A DNA stretch of 61,283 bases from NCBI RefSeq assembly GCF_050178175.1, contig NZ_JBFXGH010000002.1:1-61283 (forward strand). Direction: 5' to 3'. Shown in pieces: positions 8,882 to 18,255 of the stretch. The notes beneath the pieces were generated by a model. That model saw only the letters and a list, made by a program, of their open reading frames with translations, did not search any database and was not told the DNA's origin. Origin of the DNA: Sphaerochaeta sp. (lineage in GTDB: Bacteria > Spirochaetota > Spirochaetia > Sphaerochaetales > Sphaerochaetaceae). Position 1 is the stretch's first letter. Every line of letters starts with the position of its first letter. The translations under genes and the position numbers were made by a program.

Positions 8882-9835
8882 ATCTAGCAGATAGGTGAGC
8901 AGGTCGGAGCAATCGTCCTGCTCACACTCTTCCAATACCGCCTCTACTGCTTTCTTCTCATACGGAACTCCGACCAGGAGTGTTTTGATGCGATCTACGA
9001 TGGAGGTATCTAGGCTGTCTGTGAACATGAGAATGTCACTGAATACACCTTTTTCTACCAGTATCCTGAAATCAGCCTCACCCCATGGGAAACGATGGGT
9101 GAAAGAGTGGCTGAATTGTGGCGTCTGCTCGAGAATCTGTGATCGGTCCCCGAACCGGTGATAGTTTTCCTGTGCGGCAGGGAAGGTGGTAAAATCAATT
9201 TCCTGGACCTCAGCCTCCCCGTAGGTTGCCTTGAAAGCCTCGATCAACGCATCCTGTACCATCTCATTGGTGATTCTTGGGTTGCCTGCCTTAAGATTTC
9301 CAACTCGGGATGCTACGGATTTTACTGCCTTGGAAGCCAGTTTGGTGGAGCTTGGGGTAAGATAATTACCCATTACCGACAAGTCGCTGCTGATCAGCAG
9401 TGTCCCGTGGTGACAGAACTTGGTAGCGGTTGTCTGGAAAGCATTGCCAGAGATCTTTTTCCCGTTCAGAAGAATATCATTCCGGCCAGAGAGCTCGCAA
9501 TCAAGAGAAAGAGAGGCAAGTGCCTTGAGAATCAGAGCGAAGTTCTCTTCCTTGGAGGTCTGTTCCTTGTTCCCGATCAAGGTAAAACAGAGGTTGCCCT
9601 GGTCATGGTAGACCGCTCCACCCCCACTTTGCCTTCTCACAAGCTGGACTCCTTCCTCATCCATACGGTGTAGGTTGCACTCACTGAACGGGTTCTGGTA
9701 TCGTCCGATGACGATACAGGGATCATTCACCCAAAGATACAACACATGTTCATAAGGCAGACTCATCAGGTATGCCTCTCCTGCCAGATTGGCTGCGCAG
9801 TCGTGCGATTTCGCCAAGTAGATTGCATTCTTCAT
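8867..9835 (-). CDS. lplA: Lipoate-protein ligase A
   Basis: IGRYQNP, RRQSGGGAVYHD.GN, RND..LNGKKISG.A, HHGTLL. Confidence 0.95.
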   Translation of the reverse strand: MKNAIYLAKSHDCAANLAGEAYLMSLPYEHVLYLWVNDPCIVIGRYQNPFSECNLHRMDEEGVQLVRRQSGGGAVYHDQGNLCFTLIGNKEQTSKEENFALILKALASLSLDCELSGRNDILLNGKKISGNAFQTTATKFCHHGTLLISSDLSVMGNYLTPSSTKLASKAVKSVASRVGNLKAGNPRITNEMVQDALIEAFKATYGEAEVQEIDFTTFPAAQENYHRFGDRSQILEQTPQFSHSFTHRFPWGEADFRILVEKGVFSDILMFTDSLDTSIVDRIKTLLVGVPYEKKAVEAVLEECEQDDCSDLLTYLLDSFSS

Positions 9836-9882
9836 GGCATCAGTCTACCGTTTTTCCCAGCCCTTATGCTATAGTGCCCTGT

Positions 9883-10605
9883 ATGAACATCATCCTCTTT
9901 TCTACCTTATCTCTGACCAATGAACTGTCCATGAAAGACCATAGGGCCCGTCATATCAAGAAAATCCTTCATTTAGCCGTAGGTGATACTTTCCAAGCGG
10001 GAGTCATCAACCAGAGCAAGGGGTTGGCCACCATCACAAATATGGATGAGCATGCCATCTCCTTCACCTACGAAGTAGAAGATGGGCAGGCATCCGCTCT
10101 CTATCCCGTTACACTCATTGTTGCCCAGGTCAGGCCGATCAGCATGAGAAGGATTCTCAGGGAAGCTGTCAGCCTCGGGGTTGGTTCCCTCATCCTTTGT
10201 ACCACCGACACTGCCGAGAAATCCTATGCACAGGCCAATCTCTACACCAGTGGGGAGTATGAAAGCATCCTCATTGATGGCGCGATGCAAAGTGGCCAGA
10301 GCGGGGTAAGCTCACTGCAGTTCGCATCCTCACTGGAGGATGCCATTACCAAGCTTCCTCCAGAAACCCAGAGGATTGTCCTTGACAATGTCTGGGAGGG
10401 AATGCCGCTCTCAGTGTTTCAAATAGAGGAAAAGAAACCTGTTGTCTTGGCCATTGGAGGAGAGCGTGGGTTCAGCGATAGGGAGCGAATGCTCTTCAGG
10501 GAACATGGATTTCAGTTTGCATCACTGGGAAAGCGAATTCTGAGGACTGAAACAGCTTGCAGTGCAGGGGTGGCTGTACTGCTCGGAAGGATGGGGCTTC
10601 TCTAG
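9883..10605 (+). CDS. rsmE: 16S rRNA m3U1498 methyltransferase
   Basis: SPOUT motifs IGGERGFS..E and LGKRILRTETA. Start moved to MNIILF. Confidence 0.92.
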   Translation: MNIILFSTLSLTNELSMKDHRARHIKKILHLAVGDTFQAGVINQSKGLATITNMDEHAISFTYEVEDGQASALYPVTLIVAQVRPISMRRILREAVSLGVGSLILCTTDTAEKSYAQANLYTSGEYESILIDGAMQSGQSGVSSLQFASSLEDAITKLPPETQRIVLDNVWEGMPLSVFQIEEKKPVVLAIGGERGFSDRERMLFREHGFQFASLGKRILRTETACSAGVAVLLGRMGLL

Positions 10606-10673
10606 AAGTTGCCGAGAGTGGGATATTCCTGTACCATGGCAATATTCCAGGAACAGGAAGGAGTACTATCATT

Positions 10674-11495
10674 ATGGCACATTGCATCGTCAGCGCTGCT
10701 GAAGAGATTTTGGATAAGGAGTTCCCCGTACTTGATCATGGGTTTGTACGCTTGGTTGACTACCTGGGAAGTGATGAGCGAATCGTACAGAGCGCACGGG
10801 TCTCCTACGGAAGTGGTACCAAGACCTACCGACAGGACAAGGGCTTGATCAACTACCTGCTGAGAAATGACCACACCTCGCCCTTTGAACAGGTGAATTT
10901 CACCTTCCATGTAAAGATGCCGATTTTTGTTGCCAGGCAGTGGATCCGCCACCGTACAGGCAGGGTGAATGAGATCAGCGGAAGGTACAGTGTCATGAGT
11001 GATGAATGCTACCAGCCCGATCCTGCCCATATCAATTTCCAGAGCGACGACAACAAGCAAGGAAGAACCACTGAGCCAGTCGATCCAGAGATGGCAAAAA
11101 AGGTACTTGCCATTCTCAGCGAGGACCAGAAAAGGAGCTATGATACCTACCAGAAACTCCTGGATATGGGTATCGCGAGGGAACTCAGCCGGATCGATCT
11201 TCCCTTGAGCCTCTACACCGAATGGTACTGGCAGATGGACCTCCATAACCTGTTCCACTTCCTGCAGCTCCGCCTTGATGCCCATGCACAATATGAAATC
11301 CGCATCTACGCACAGACCATTCTTGACCTGGTGAGAAAGGTCTGCCCGATCGCAACCGAGGCATTCGAGGAGCATAAGCTTGGAGGGAAGCAGTTCAGTA
11401 AAAGTGAGATGGAAGCAATCAAATCCATGCTCAAGGGTGAAGCTAACCCGCTTTCCGGTAGGGCCTTGGACTTGTTTGAAAAGAAATTTGACTAG
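10674..11495 (+). CDS. thyX: FAD-dependent thymidylate synthase
   Basis: ARVSY, HTSPFE, RQWIRHR..NEISGRY, HAQYEIR. SD before MAHC. Confidence 0.97.
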   Translation: MAHCIVSAAEEILDKEFPVLDHGFVRLVDYLGSDERIVQSARVSYGSGTKTYRQDKGLINYLLRNDHTSPFEQVNFTFHVKMPIFVARQWIRHRTGRVNEISGRYSVMSDECYQPDPAHINFQSDDNKQGRTTEPVDPEMAKKVLAILSEDQKRSYDTYQKLLDMGIARELSRIDLPLSLYTEWYWQMDLHNLFHFLQLRLDAHAQYEIRIYAQTILDLVRKVCPIATEAFEEHKLGGKQFSKSEMEAIKSMLKGEANPLSGRALDLFEKKFD

Positions 11496-11593
11496 GATTG
11501 CCGCAACAGCAATTTCTCTGCCCATTTTCTCAGGAAAGTGGGTATTATTCGTATAGATGGTTTGGTCAACAGCGGCATAATACAAATTTGAAG

Positions 11594-12838
11594 CTATAAC
11601 CTGTCTCTCTTCCTTTCCAAACATGCTTGGTAGGACGCTTTCATCGCTGCCTCAAAGGCCTTGTCGCTGGGGTATGAGTAACCAAAAGTTGGCATCCAGA
11701 GCGAAGGGTCCTCCATGCAGAGATAGAAAAAGGGAGAACCTTGCTTCCAGGAAGAAGGGAACTGCTCATAGGCAAATGAGAACATCGCTTGCTTTGTATC
11801 CAATGGATAGGAGTATTTCCCCGCTGCTGTAGTGAGAGCCATGTCCAGTACCCTGGTTGGATAGTGGTCGGTTCTGAGTTGTCTCAGTACTGCCTTGGTG
11901 AATGTAAGCGTCCCGAGTGAGAACATCATCAACTCTTCAGGCAGGAACATGGTTGTTACCTGTTCAATGAGCGAACCATACTCCTCCTGCCACCCGTCGA
12001 AGTAGACCATGGGATGCAAATGGAACCCTATGATTCTCCCCTTGTCCCTTGCCCTTCTTGCCGCATCAAGCCGTCCCTGGAGGGAAGCTGCCAAATGTTC
12101 CTCTTTCTCGATGATCGTTGGAGCATTGAGAGACCATGTGGAAACAATATTGCGTGGGAGCTCAAGGCTGAGATAATCACTCCGTTTGCTCTTTGTCTTG
12201 AGTTCAATGATGAGATTGGGATAACGGGAAGCCAGGATGGAAAGTGCATCGAGGGTCCCATAGTCATTGCCCCAAAGGAGGGAATCGCTGCTTTGCCCCG
12301 TGCTGATATGCCAGGTATCCTCATCAAGGTTGAGTTCCTGCAATCGTTTTGCGAGATTCCCCACCACTTTTATCTCATGGCTGTTGTAAAAGGATTGAAT
12401 CGAGCAGTAGGAACAACCGAACGCACACTGCTGTACAACATCAAGGGTCTTGAGATTGCAACAACGGGTTTTCTCTCCCTCTACCGGGCAAGGGCATCTT
12501 CCCATCAGGGTGTCAGAGGAGACAAAAAGACTCTGGAACTTGTCGGGAAGGCGCGTATCAGGATTGAAATCCCGGTAGTTGGTTGGTTTCTCCCGCTCTT
12601 GCTGCATTTTATTCAGATGGTCGGCAACCAGGGCCTTTGCCTGGGCTTTCCCCTGCAGTTTTGCCACCTTCTCTTCATCTATCCACTTCTCGAGTGGACC
12701 CAATTGCCACATGGCAAGGTCACATGCGCTTTCAATAAGTTGCCGTTGCTGCTGGAAACTGAAGTGATAACGTTCATCAAGCTGCATGAGATAGCGTTGT
12801 TCCACAGTGGGAAGGGTTGCAAAGAGAGAATGGTTCAT
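11594..12838 (-). CDS. Spore-photoproduct-lyase-like radical SAM protein
   Basis: CAFGCSYC (CxxxCxxC), GQSSDSL, ELKTKS, GFHLHP, YLCME: the SplB-family pattern. Confidence 0.8.
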   Translation of the reverse strand: MNHSLFATLPTVEQRYLMQLDERYHFSFQQQRQLIESACDLAMWQLGPLEKWIDEEKVAKLQGKAQAKALVADHLNKMQQEREKPTNYRDFNPDTRLPDKFQSLFVSSDTLMGRCPCPVEGEKTRCCNLKTLDVVQQCAFGCSYCSIQSFYNSHEIKVVGNLAKRLQELNLDEDTWHISTGQSSDSLLWGNDYGTLDALSILASRYPNLIIELKTKSKRSDYLSLELPRNIVSTWSLNAPTIIEKEEHLAASLQGRLDAARRARDKGRIIGFHLHPMVYFDGWQEEYGSLIEQVTTMFLPEELMMFSLGTLTFTKAVLRQLRTDHYPTRVLDMALTTAAGKYSYPLDTKQAMFSFAYEQFPSSWKQGSPFFYLCMEDPSLWMPTFGYSYPSDKAFEAAMKASYQACLERKRDRL

Positions 12839-12900
12839 AACCCGTATTGTATCGATTGAGCATTGCCAAAACAAGACTGTCTGGCTATGCTCAAAGGAGG

Positions 12901-14751
12901 ATGAAGAAGAAAGAGGAAGCATTGCAGTATACCCCGGCAAGTGAGGTGGAAAGTCTTGGAAGCGTAGCAGCAGAACAGGACAGTCCCCAGAAGCAGGCAC
13001 GTGAATTACCCCATAATAGCGGTGTCTATTTGATGCGTGACGAGAAAGGGTCCATCATCTATGTCGGAAAGGCAAAGGATCTTCGCAAAAGGGTAACCAG
13101 CTACTTCCTTGCAAACAGGAGTGCCAAGACGGCAGCGCTCGTAAGGAAGATTGCTTCCATCGAGTACATCATAACCGGTAACGAGTATGAGGCATTGGTA
13201 CTTGAGAATAATCTCATCAAGAAGTACTCCCCCCACTACAATATCTCCCTCAAGGATGGCAAGAGCTATCCAATGATTCGAATTACCAACGAGAAGTTCC
13301 CCAAGGTCTTCAAGACCAGGCGGCTCATTGATGATGGCTCCTCCTATTATGGACCCTATCCTGATGCAGGAAAACTTGACCTCTACCTTGATCTGATTGC
13401 AAAGCTGTTTCCTCTGAGAAGATGTTCCACACCATTGAGAAAGCGGGAGAGACCTTGCTTGTACTACCACATTGGACTTTGCCTGGGTCCTTGCGCCGGG
13501 CTGGTCAGTGAGAAGGAGTATGGGAAATCCGTCACTGCCGTAAGGAATCTCCTGGAGGGGAGGACCGATGCACTCCTGGCAAGATTGCAGGAGGAGATGA
13601 TTCAGGCCTCCAAGGCGTTGAATTTTGAGGAAGCAGCAACCAAACGGGACCAGATAGCTGCCATCAAGACCATCCAGATAGGACAACAAGTACAGGACTT
13701 CGCAAGTGAGAGCAGGGATTACGCAGCCATCGAGATGCGAGGCCCCTTGTGCACCATCAGCTTGATGCAAATGCGCGATGGTCAGTTGATCGGTCGTGCA
13801 TTGTATCGTGCAGAGACACTTGGAGAGGAGACAGACACTCTCTTGAATTTCCTGATACAGTACTATGCAGATGGGCAGAAACTTCCCCAGTTCCTGTATG
13901 TCTCCCATGAGATCGATGTGCATCTGATCAGGCGTTACTTCACAGAGCAACTGGGAGGAAGGCTGGAAGTAAACCTCCCCATTGACGGGAAACACTACAG
14001 GATACTCCGTATGGCGCGGGAAAATGCAAGCCGTGATGTGGACAAGCGGTTGAAGAGCAAGGACAACACCAGGGCACTGCAGGAACTTGCCGATATCTTG
14101 GGTCTTGCTGCCCCGCCAACCCTGATCGAGGGGTTCGATATTGCCCAGTTGCATGGCAAGTACACCGTTGCATCCCTGATATCTTTCCGCGACGGCAATC
14201 CAGACAAGCCGAACTACCGCAGGTACAACATTAAAAGCCTTGAGGGAAGGATTGATGACTATGAATCCATACGCGAGGCAGTGGCCAGACGGTACACAAA
14301 GATCCTGAATGAGAATCTGGAACGTCCAGGACTCCTGATCATTGATGGTGGTCAGGGCCAGGTGAATGCTGCCCGGGAGATTCTCGATGCGCTGGGGATG
14401 GTGGATATCCCCATCATCGGGCTGGCCGAACAATTTGAGACAATTGTATTTGATGATGAGAGAGAGGACCTTCAACTCCCAGAGGACAATGAGGCGTTAC
14501 GGTTGGTAATCGCTGTAAGGGATGAATGCCACCGGTTTGCCACCAGTGCAAACCAAGCAGCAAGGAGTCGTGAAGCCTCCTTCCGTGTTCTGGAGTCCGT
14601 GGAGGGAATCGGAAGGAAGCGAAGTGAGCGTTTGATGAAACAGTACGGAAGTCTGGAAGCAATGCTGGCAAAGTCAGCTGAGGAACTGAGCAAGGAAGGA
14701 GGAATTTCCCTTGCTGTTGCGAAGCGGATACTGAGCCAGCTCTCTCTCTAG
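12901..14751 (+). CDS. uvrC: Excinuclease ABC subunit C
   Basis: GIY-YIG GVYLM..IYVGKAK.LR, Cys cluster, UVR domain, IEGFDI, IDGG.GQ, RDECHRFA, HhH. Confidence 0.97.
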   Translation: MKKKEEALQYTPASEVESLGSVAAEQDSPQKQARELPHNSGVYLMRDEKGSIIYVGKAKDLRKRVTSYFLANRSAKTAALVRKIASIEYIITGNEYEALVLENNLIKKYSPHYNISLKDGKSYPMIRITNEKFPKVFKTRRLIDDGSSYYGPYPDAGKLDLYLDLIAKLFPLRRCSTPLRKRERPCLYYHIGLCLGPCAGLVSEKEYGKSVTAVRNLLEGRTDALLARLQEEMIQASKALNFEEAATKRDQIAAIKTIQIGQQVQDFASESRDYAAIEMRGPLCTISLMQMRDGQLIGRALYRAETLGEETDTLLNFLIQYYADGQKLPQFLYVSHEIDVHLIRRYFTEQLGGRLEVNLPIDGKHYRILRMARENASRDVDKRLKSKDNTRALQELADILGLAAPPTLIEGFDIAQLHGKYTVASLISFRDGNPDKPNYRRYNIKSLEGRIDDYESIREAVARRYTKILNENLERPGLLIIDGGQGQVNAAREILDALGMVDIPIIGLAEQFETIVFDDEREDLQLPEDNEALRLVIAVRDECHRFATSANQAARSREASFRVLESVEGIGRKRSERLMKQYGSLEAMLAKSAEELSKEGGISLAVAKRILSQLSL

Positions 14752-15782
14752 ATCAGAGAGGCAAAGCTGGCCTTGTTGAGGGGTTTCCCCTGACATTTGA
14801 TGATCCGGTAGAGCAACCGTTCCAACACCAGATCTGTGAGCTCGCTGCCGGATTCCTTGATTTCAAGGTCAGCTTCTCCCAGCGCAATGATTATCCTCCT
14901 GATGGACGCGAGGTCGAATCGTTGCAAGGCATTCCTGTATGTGGTTTTGTCCTTGGGTTTCTTGATCGGGCTACTCTTTTCCTGTACATGTGCTTGCATA
15001 TACGCCTCACTCTCATTGCCGCCCTGGAAGATGAACTCCTGGAGTGAGCAGAGTCTCCTGAACTGCCAGAGCAAGCCATTCACCAAGAGGATGGAGCTTT
15101 GGCTGTCCCCACTACCAAGAATACTGTGCAGTGATTGCATGCTCTGTTTCAGGTCGCCCCTGGCGATCAAGGGGAATAGGGTGAATGCATCTTCCTGTCT
15201 GCTATGATAGATATAGGTCTCGACATCTTCTTCCTCAATGGGGCGACTGCGTTTATCGATCTGCCAGAATATGGCCAGCTGGTTGCAGATAAGGCGCAAT
15301 TCCTGGGTATTGTCCTCAGTGAGGTCGATGAGGAGATCTATCCCATCGGCCGTGATGGAGATCCCCCTCTTCCTGAAGAAATTCCTGATCCAATCAGTCT
15401 TCTGGTTTTCCAGCAGATCATAGAACGTTTGTATGTTTCTCTTGGGAATTGCCTTCATGATTTTCTGTGAGAGATAGAGATCGCTGGAAATGATGATCAG
15501 TGTCGCTGTTTCCACAGGATGGGCAAGATAATTTGCAATGGAATCAACCATGGCCGATCCAAGCTGCTCAGCTTGGCTCAAGATAACCATACGATGCTCA
15601 CTGAACAGGCTGTTGTTGTTCAGCGCAGTGAGAATTTCCCCGTTTTCGGTTTCGAAAGGGTAGAATCTGCTGAGCTCTATCTCCCCCCCATGAGCCTCTT
15701 TAAGCTTGTCCCGGATATCTTTCAGAACCTGTTCCTTGGCCCCTGTTTCGGGACCGAGTAGAAGATATGCTCGTTCACTCAT
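14748..15782 (-). CDS. holA: DNA polymerase III delta subunit
   Basis: YLLLGPE.G.K, SLF...RMVI; about 345 aa; coupled to lexA. Confidence 0.88.
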   Translation of the reverse strand: MSERAYLLLGPETGAKEQVLKDIRDKLKEAHGGEIELSRFYPFETENGEILTALNNNSLFSEHRMVILSQAEQLGSAMVDSIANYLAHPVETATLIIISSDLYLSQKIMKAIPKRNIQTFYDLLENQKTDWIRNFFRKRGISITADGIDLLIDLTEDNTQELRLICNQLAIFWQIDKRSRPIEEEDVETYIYHSRQEDAFTLFPLIARGDLKQSMQSLHSILGSGDSQSSILLVNGLLWQFRRLCSLQEFIFQGGNESEAYMQAHVQEKSSPIKKPKDKTTYRNALQRFDLASIRRIIIALGEADLEIKESGSELTDLVLERLLYRIIKCQGKPLNKASFASLI

Positions 15783-16399
15783 CGATAGTTCCGGATCAGA
15801 AGGTGCAACTTGCCGTGAATCTTGCAAGAACGTGTGATGATTGGGCCCATGGATGCATTGGCTGGACGAAGTTCTACACTTTCCTTGCCAGGATAGTACC
15901 CTTTGAGCGTAATTCCCGGTTCATCATCCCCCACGGATGCAGCTACTATGTCCCCACGTTCAGCTACATCACATTTACGGATGATGGCAATATCCCCATC
16001 GTATATGCCATCCTCGATCATACTCTCTCCCCTGATTTTCAGGGCAAAATAGGTGTTTCGTGTCGTTCTCAACATGGTTGCAGGGATGTTGAGAATAAAA
16101 TCAGTGTTCTCTTCGCTCATCAAGGGGGCTCCTGCGGCAATGGAACCAATGACCGGTACCTGGATCAGTTCGTCACGAGGGAAGAACTCTTCACCGATTA
16201 CTTCAATGGACCGGGAGACTCCTCCGGTGGTTTTTATCACCTGCTTGGCCTCAAGTGCTTTCAGATGGTCATGGGCTGCCTTTACTGAGAACTGGAAGTG
16301 ATCAGCAATATCCCGTACGGAAGGAGCGTAGTTGTTCTCCTTGATGTACGAACTGATGAAGGTTGCAATGGCCTTTTGTCGATCGGTAAGTTCGCGCAT
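15779..16399 (-). CDS. lexA: SOS repressor LexA
   Basis: LT.RQ..I..FI, PSVRDI HTH, IAAG.P cleavage site, GESM serine, TLK lysine. Confidence 0.96.
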   Translation of the reverse strand: MRELTDRQKAIATFISSYIKENNYAPSVRDIADHFQFSVKAAHDHLKALEAKQVIKTTGGVSRSIEVIGEEFFPRDELIQVPVIGSIAAGAPLMSEENTDFILNIPATMLRTTRNTYFALKIRGESMIEDGIYDGDIAIIRKCDVAERGDIVAASVGDDEPGITLKGYYPGKESVELRPANASMGPIITRSCKIHGKLHLLIRNYR

Positions 16400-16402
16400 C
16401 TG

Positions 16403-16669
16403 CTACTCCTCAAACCTGTTTTCAAACAGATGCTCAATTGCATCCGCCATTTGTTGTTCATCCGGTCCATCACACGTCATCAAGATGGAGCTCTGGTGTG
16501 TTGCTCCCAGTGTGATGATCCCCATGATGGATTTCCCATTTATCTTCATTGTATCCTTTTCCAGGTACAGATCACTCTTGTATTGATTGGCCAGCTTGAC
16601 GATCGATGCAGCTGGCCGTGCATGAATGCCGGCTCGGTTATGGACCTTCAATTCTCTGGTTACCATCAC
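16403..16669 (-). CDS. ptsH: Phosphocarrier protein HPr
   Basis: GIHARPA (His15) and NGKSIMGI (Ser46). Confidence 0.96.
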   Translation of the reverse strand: MMVTRELKVHNRAGIHARPAASIVKLANQYKSDLYLEKDTMKINGKSIMGIITLGATHQSSILMTCDGPDEQQMADAIEHLFENRFEE

Positions 16670-17649
16670 AGCGTCTCCTCATTGATATAGTACATTTTCC
16701 GTGCTGACTCACTCTCCAGCCACTTGAGAACACTCTGGTCGAACTCCTTGGCTGAATAGTACCCGAGTTTTTTCAGACGCTCATTCCTGGCAGCAGTCTC
16801 GATGATCACCGGTATGTTTCGGCCAGGTTTTACAGGAATGATGACCTTGGGAATGGCAATACCCAGGTAGATATCTTCCAGTATTGCTTCCCCAACCCGG
16901 TCATAGTTCTTTTGTGCATCCCATGGTTCGAGATGGACAGCAAGTTGCACCTGCTTTCTGTCCCTGATTGCGCCAACCCCGTAGAGGTTGGCAAGATTGA
17001 TGATACCCAATCCTCTCAGCTCCATGTGGTGGGCGAGGAGGGGATTCTCTCCCATCCCGATGAGATAATTGTCACTGATATTTCTCAGCTTGACCGTATC
17101 GTCACTGATCAATCGGTGCCCTCGCTCGATCAACTCCAGAGCTGTTTCACTCTTTCCAACTCCGCTTTCTCCCGTGATCAGTACCCCGATACCATACACC
17201 TCAACAAGAACACCGTGAATGGTTTGGGTAGGGGCAAATACCTCGTCAAGCGTCTGGTACAAACGCCTGGAAAAATCACTCGAAAGGAGATCTGTCTTGA
17301 GAATCACAGTACCTGTCTCCTCCGCTAGTTCAATGAGCCGAGGGCTTGGATCACTATTGTCACAAAATACACAGCAGGGAATGTCATAGCTGAAGAGTTT
17401 GTTGATGCTATCGGTATTTTGCTCACCCTCCAACTTGTCCAGATAGGCTCGCTCACCCTTTCCAAAGACCTGAATGGAATTATTGCTGAATTCCTCGAAA
17501 AATCCGCTGAGAGGAAGCCCCGGCCTACTGATTTTGCTGGTGGTAATTCGCTTGGAGAGCCCCGAGCGTCCAGCTATGCAGCTAAGACGTAAGTGATTGT
17601 GTTCCTTCAGGTCCAGGTCCAACAAATCCAAGACAGTGAAATCAGGCAT
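16666..17649 (-). CDS. hprK: HPr kinase/phosphorylase
   Basis: RPGL.L.GFF, HGVLVEVYG.GVL.TGESGVGKSE, LISDD, MELRGLG, PGRN. GAGGAG SD before MPDF. Confidence 0.97.
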   Translation of the reverse strand: MPDFTVLDLLDLDLKEHNHLRLSCIAGRSGLSKRITTSKISRPGLPLSGFFEEFSNNSIQVFGKGERAYLDKLEGEQNTDSINKLFSYDIPCCVFCDNSDPSPRLIELAEETGTVILKTDLLSSDFSRRLYQTLDEVFAPTQTIHGVLVEVYGIGVLITGESGVGKSETALELIERGHRLISDDTVKLRNISDNYLIGMGENPLLAHHMELRGLGIINLANLYGVGAIRDRKQVQLAVHLEPWDAQKNYDRVGEAILEDIYLGIAIPKVIIPVKPGRNIPVIIETAARNERLKKLGYYSAKEFDQSVLKWLESESARKMYYINEETL

Positions 17650-17676
17650 GCTCAACTCCTCTCTATATACTGTTTT

Positions 17677-17705
17677 ACTATACAATTGTTGATAGGATTT
17701 CGCAA
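17677..17705 (-). promoter_or_regulatory. sigma70 promoter of hprK-ptsH-lexA-holA
   Basis: TTGCGA-17 nt-TATAGT. Confidence 0.6.
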
Positions 17706-17884
17706 GGGGGAAAACGGGAGAATAGGTTTTTATGAAGATGTGCAAAGATGAAAATAAACGCTTATGCCAGTGGAATATAGTGCAGGAATTATGGCAGGAG
17801 GCCTATTCTCAGGGCCAAATGTCCATTGACGATTGACTTTCCAAGTCTTATCCTTAGTGTATGACCATAGTCAAAGGAGGGCTT

Positions 17885-18184
17885 ATGAATTTGACAGTCA
17901 GAGGCATCCGTTATAACCCAAGTGACGCAACGCGTGAATTTTTGGAGAAGAAACTCCAGAAGCTGCAGTTTGCAGAGGGGTATATCCATGACCTGGATAT
18001 TGCCATTACCCGTGAACCGGTAGGGCAGGGGTATCATTTGGATGCAAAACTTCACTTTTCTTGGGGTACCGTCAAGATGGTCACGTATGACTGCTACGAA
18101 CTCTATGAAGGTATCGAGCTGATAACCGACAAGATCGAGGCAGTAGCAAGAAAGGAGAAAGGTAAGATTACAGACCATAAGTAA
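17885..18184 (+). CDS. hpf: Ribosome hibernation promoting factor (short HPF/RaiA)
   Basis: MNLTVRG...TREFLEKKLQKL...LYEGIE..DKIE...RKEKGK pattern; AGGAGG SD; lies between rpoN and hprK. Confidence 0.85.
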   Translation: MNLTVRGIRYNPSDATREFLEKKLQKLQFAEGYIHDLDIAITREPVGQGYHLDAKLHFSWGTVKMVTYDCYELYEGIELITDKIEAVARKEKGKITDHK

Positions 18185-18211
18185 CATGTATTAATCTATT
18201 GGGAATATGAG

Positions 18212-18233
18212 ATGGGGCGCTTCGGCGCCCCAT
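18212..18233. terminator. Hairpin between convergent hpf and rpoN
   Basis: ATGGGGCGC-TTCG-GCGCCCCAT perfect stem with a UUCG loop. Confidence 0.75.
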
Positions 18234-18255
18234 TCATTACACTTGGAGGTTGCTG

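Noticed and set aside
12839-12900. LexA box between the SPL-like gene and uvrC
   Set aside because: No convincing CTGT-N8-ACAG or GAAC-N4-GTTC palindrome, and the box for this lineage is unknown to me.
13006-14475. Long antisense ORF of 489 aa (similarly 10602-11624, 36166-37038, 36686-37633, 43546-44385, 45237-46046)
   Set aside because: Shadow frames opposite well-conserved genes, with no motifs or initiation signals.
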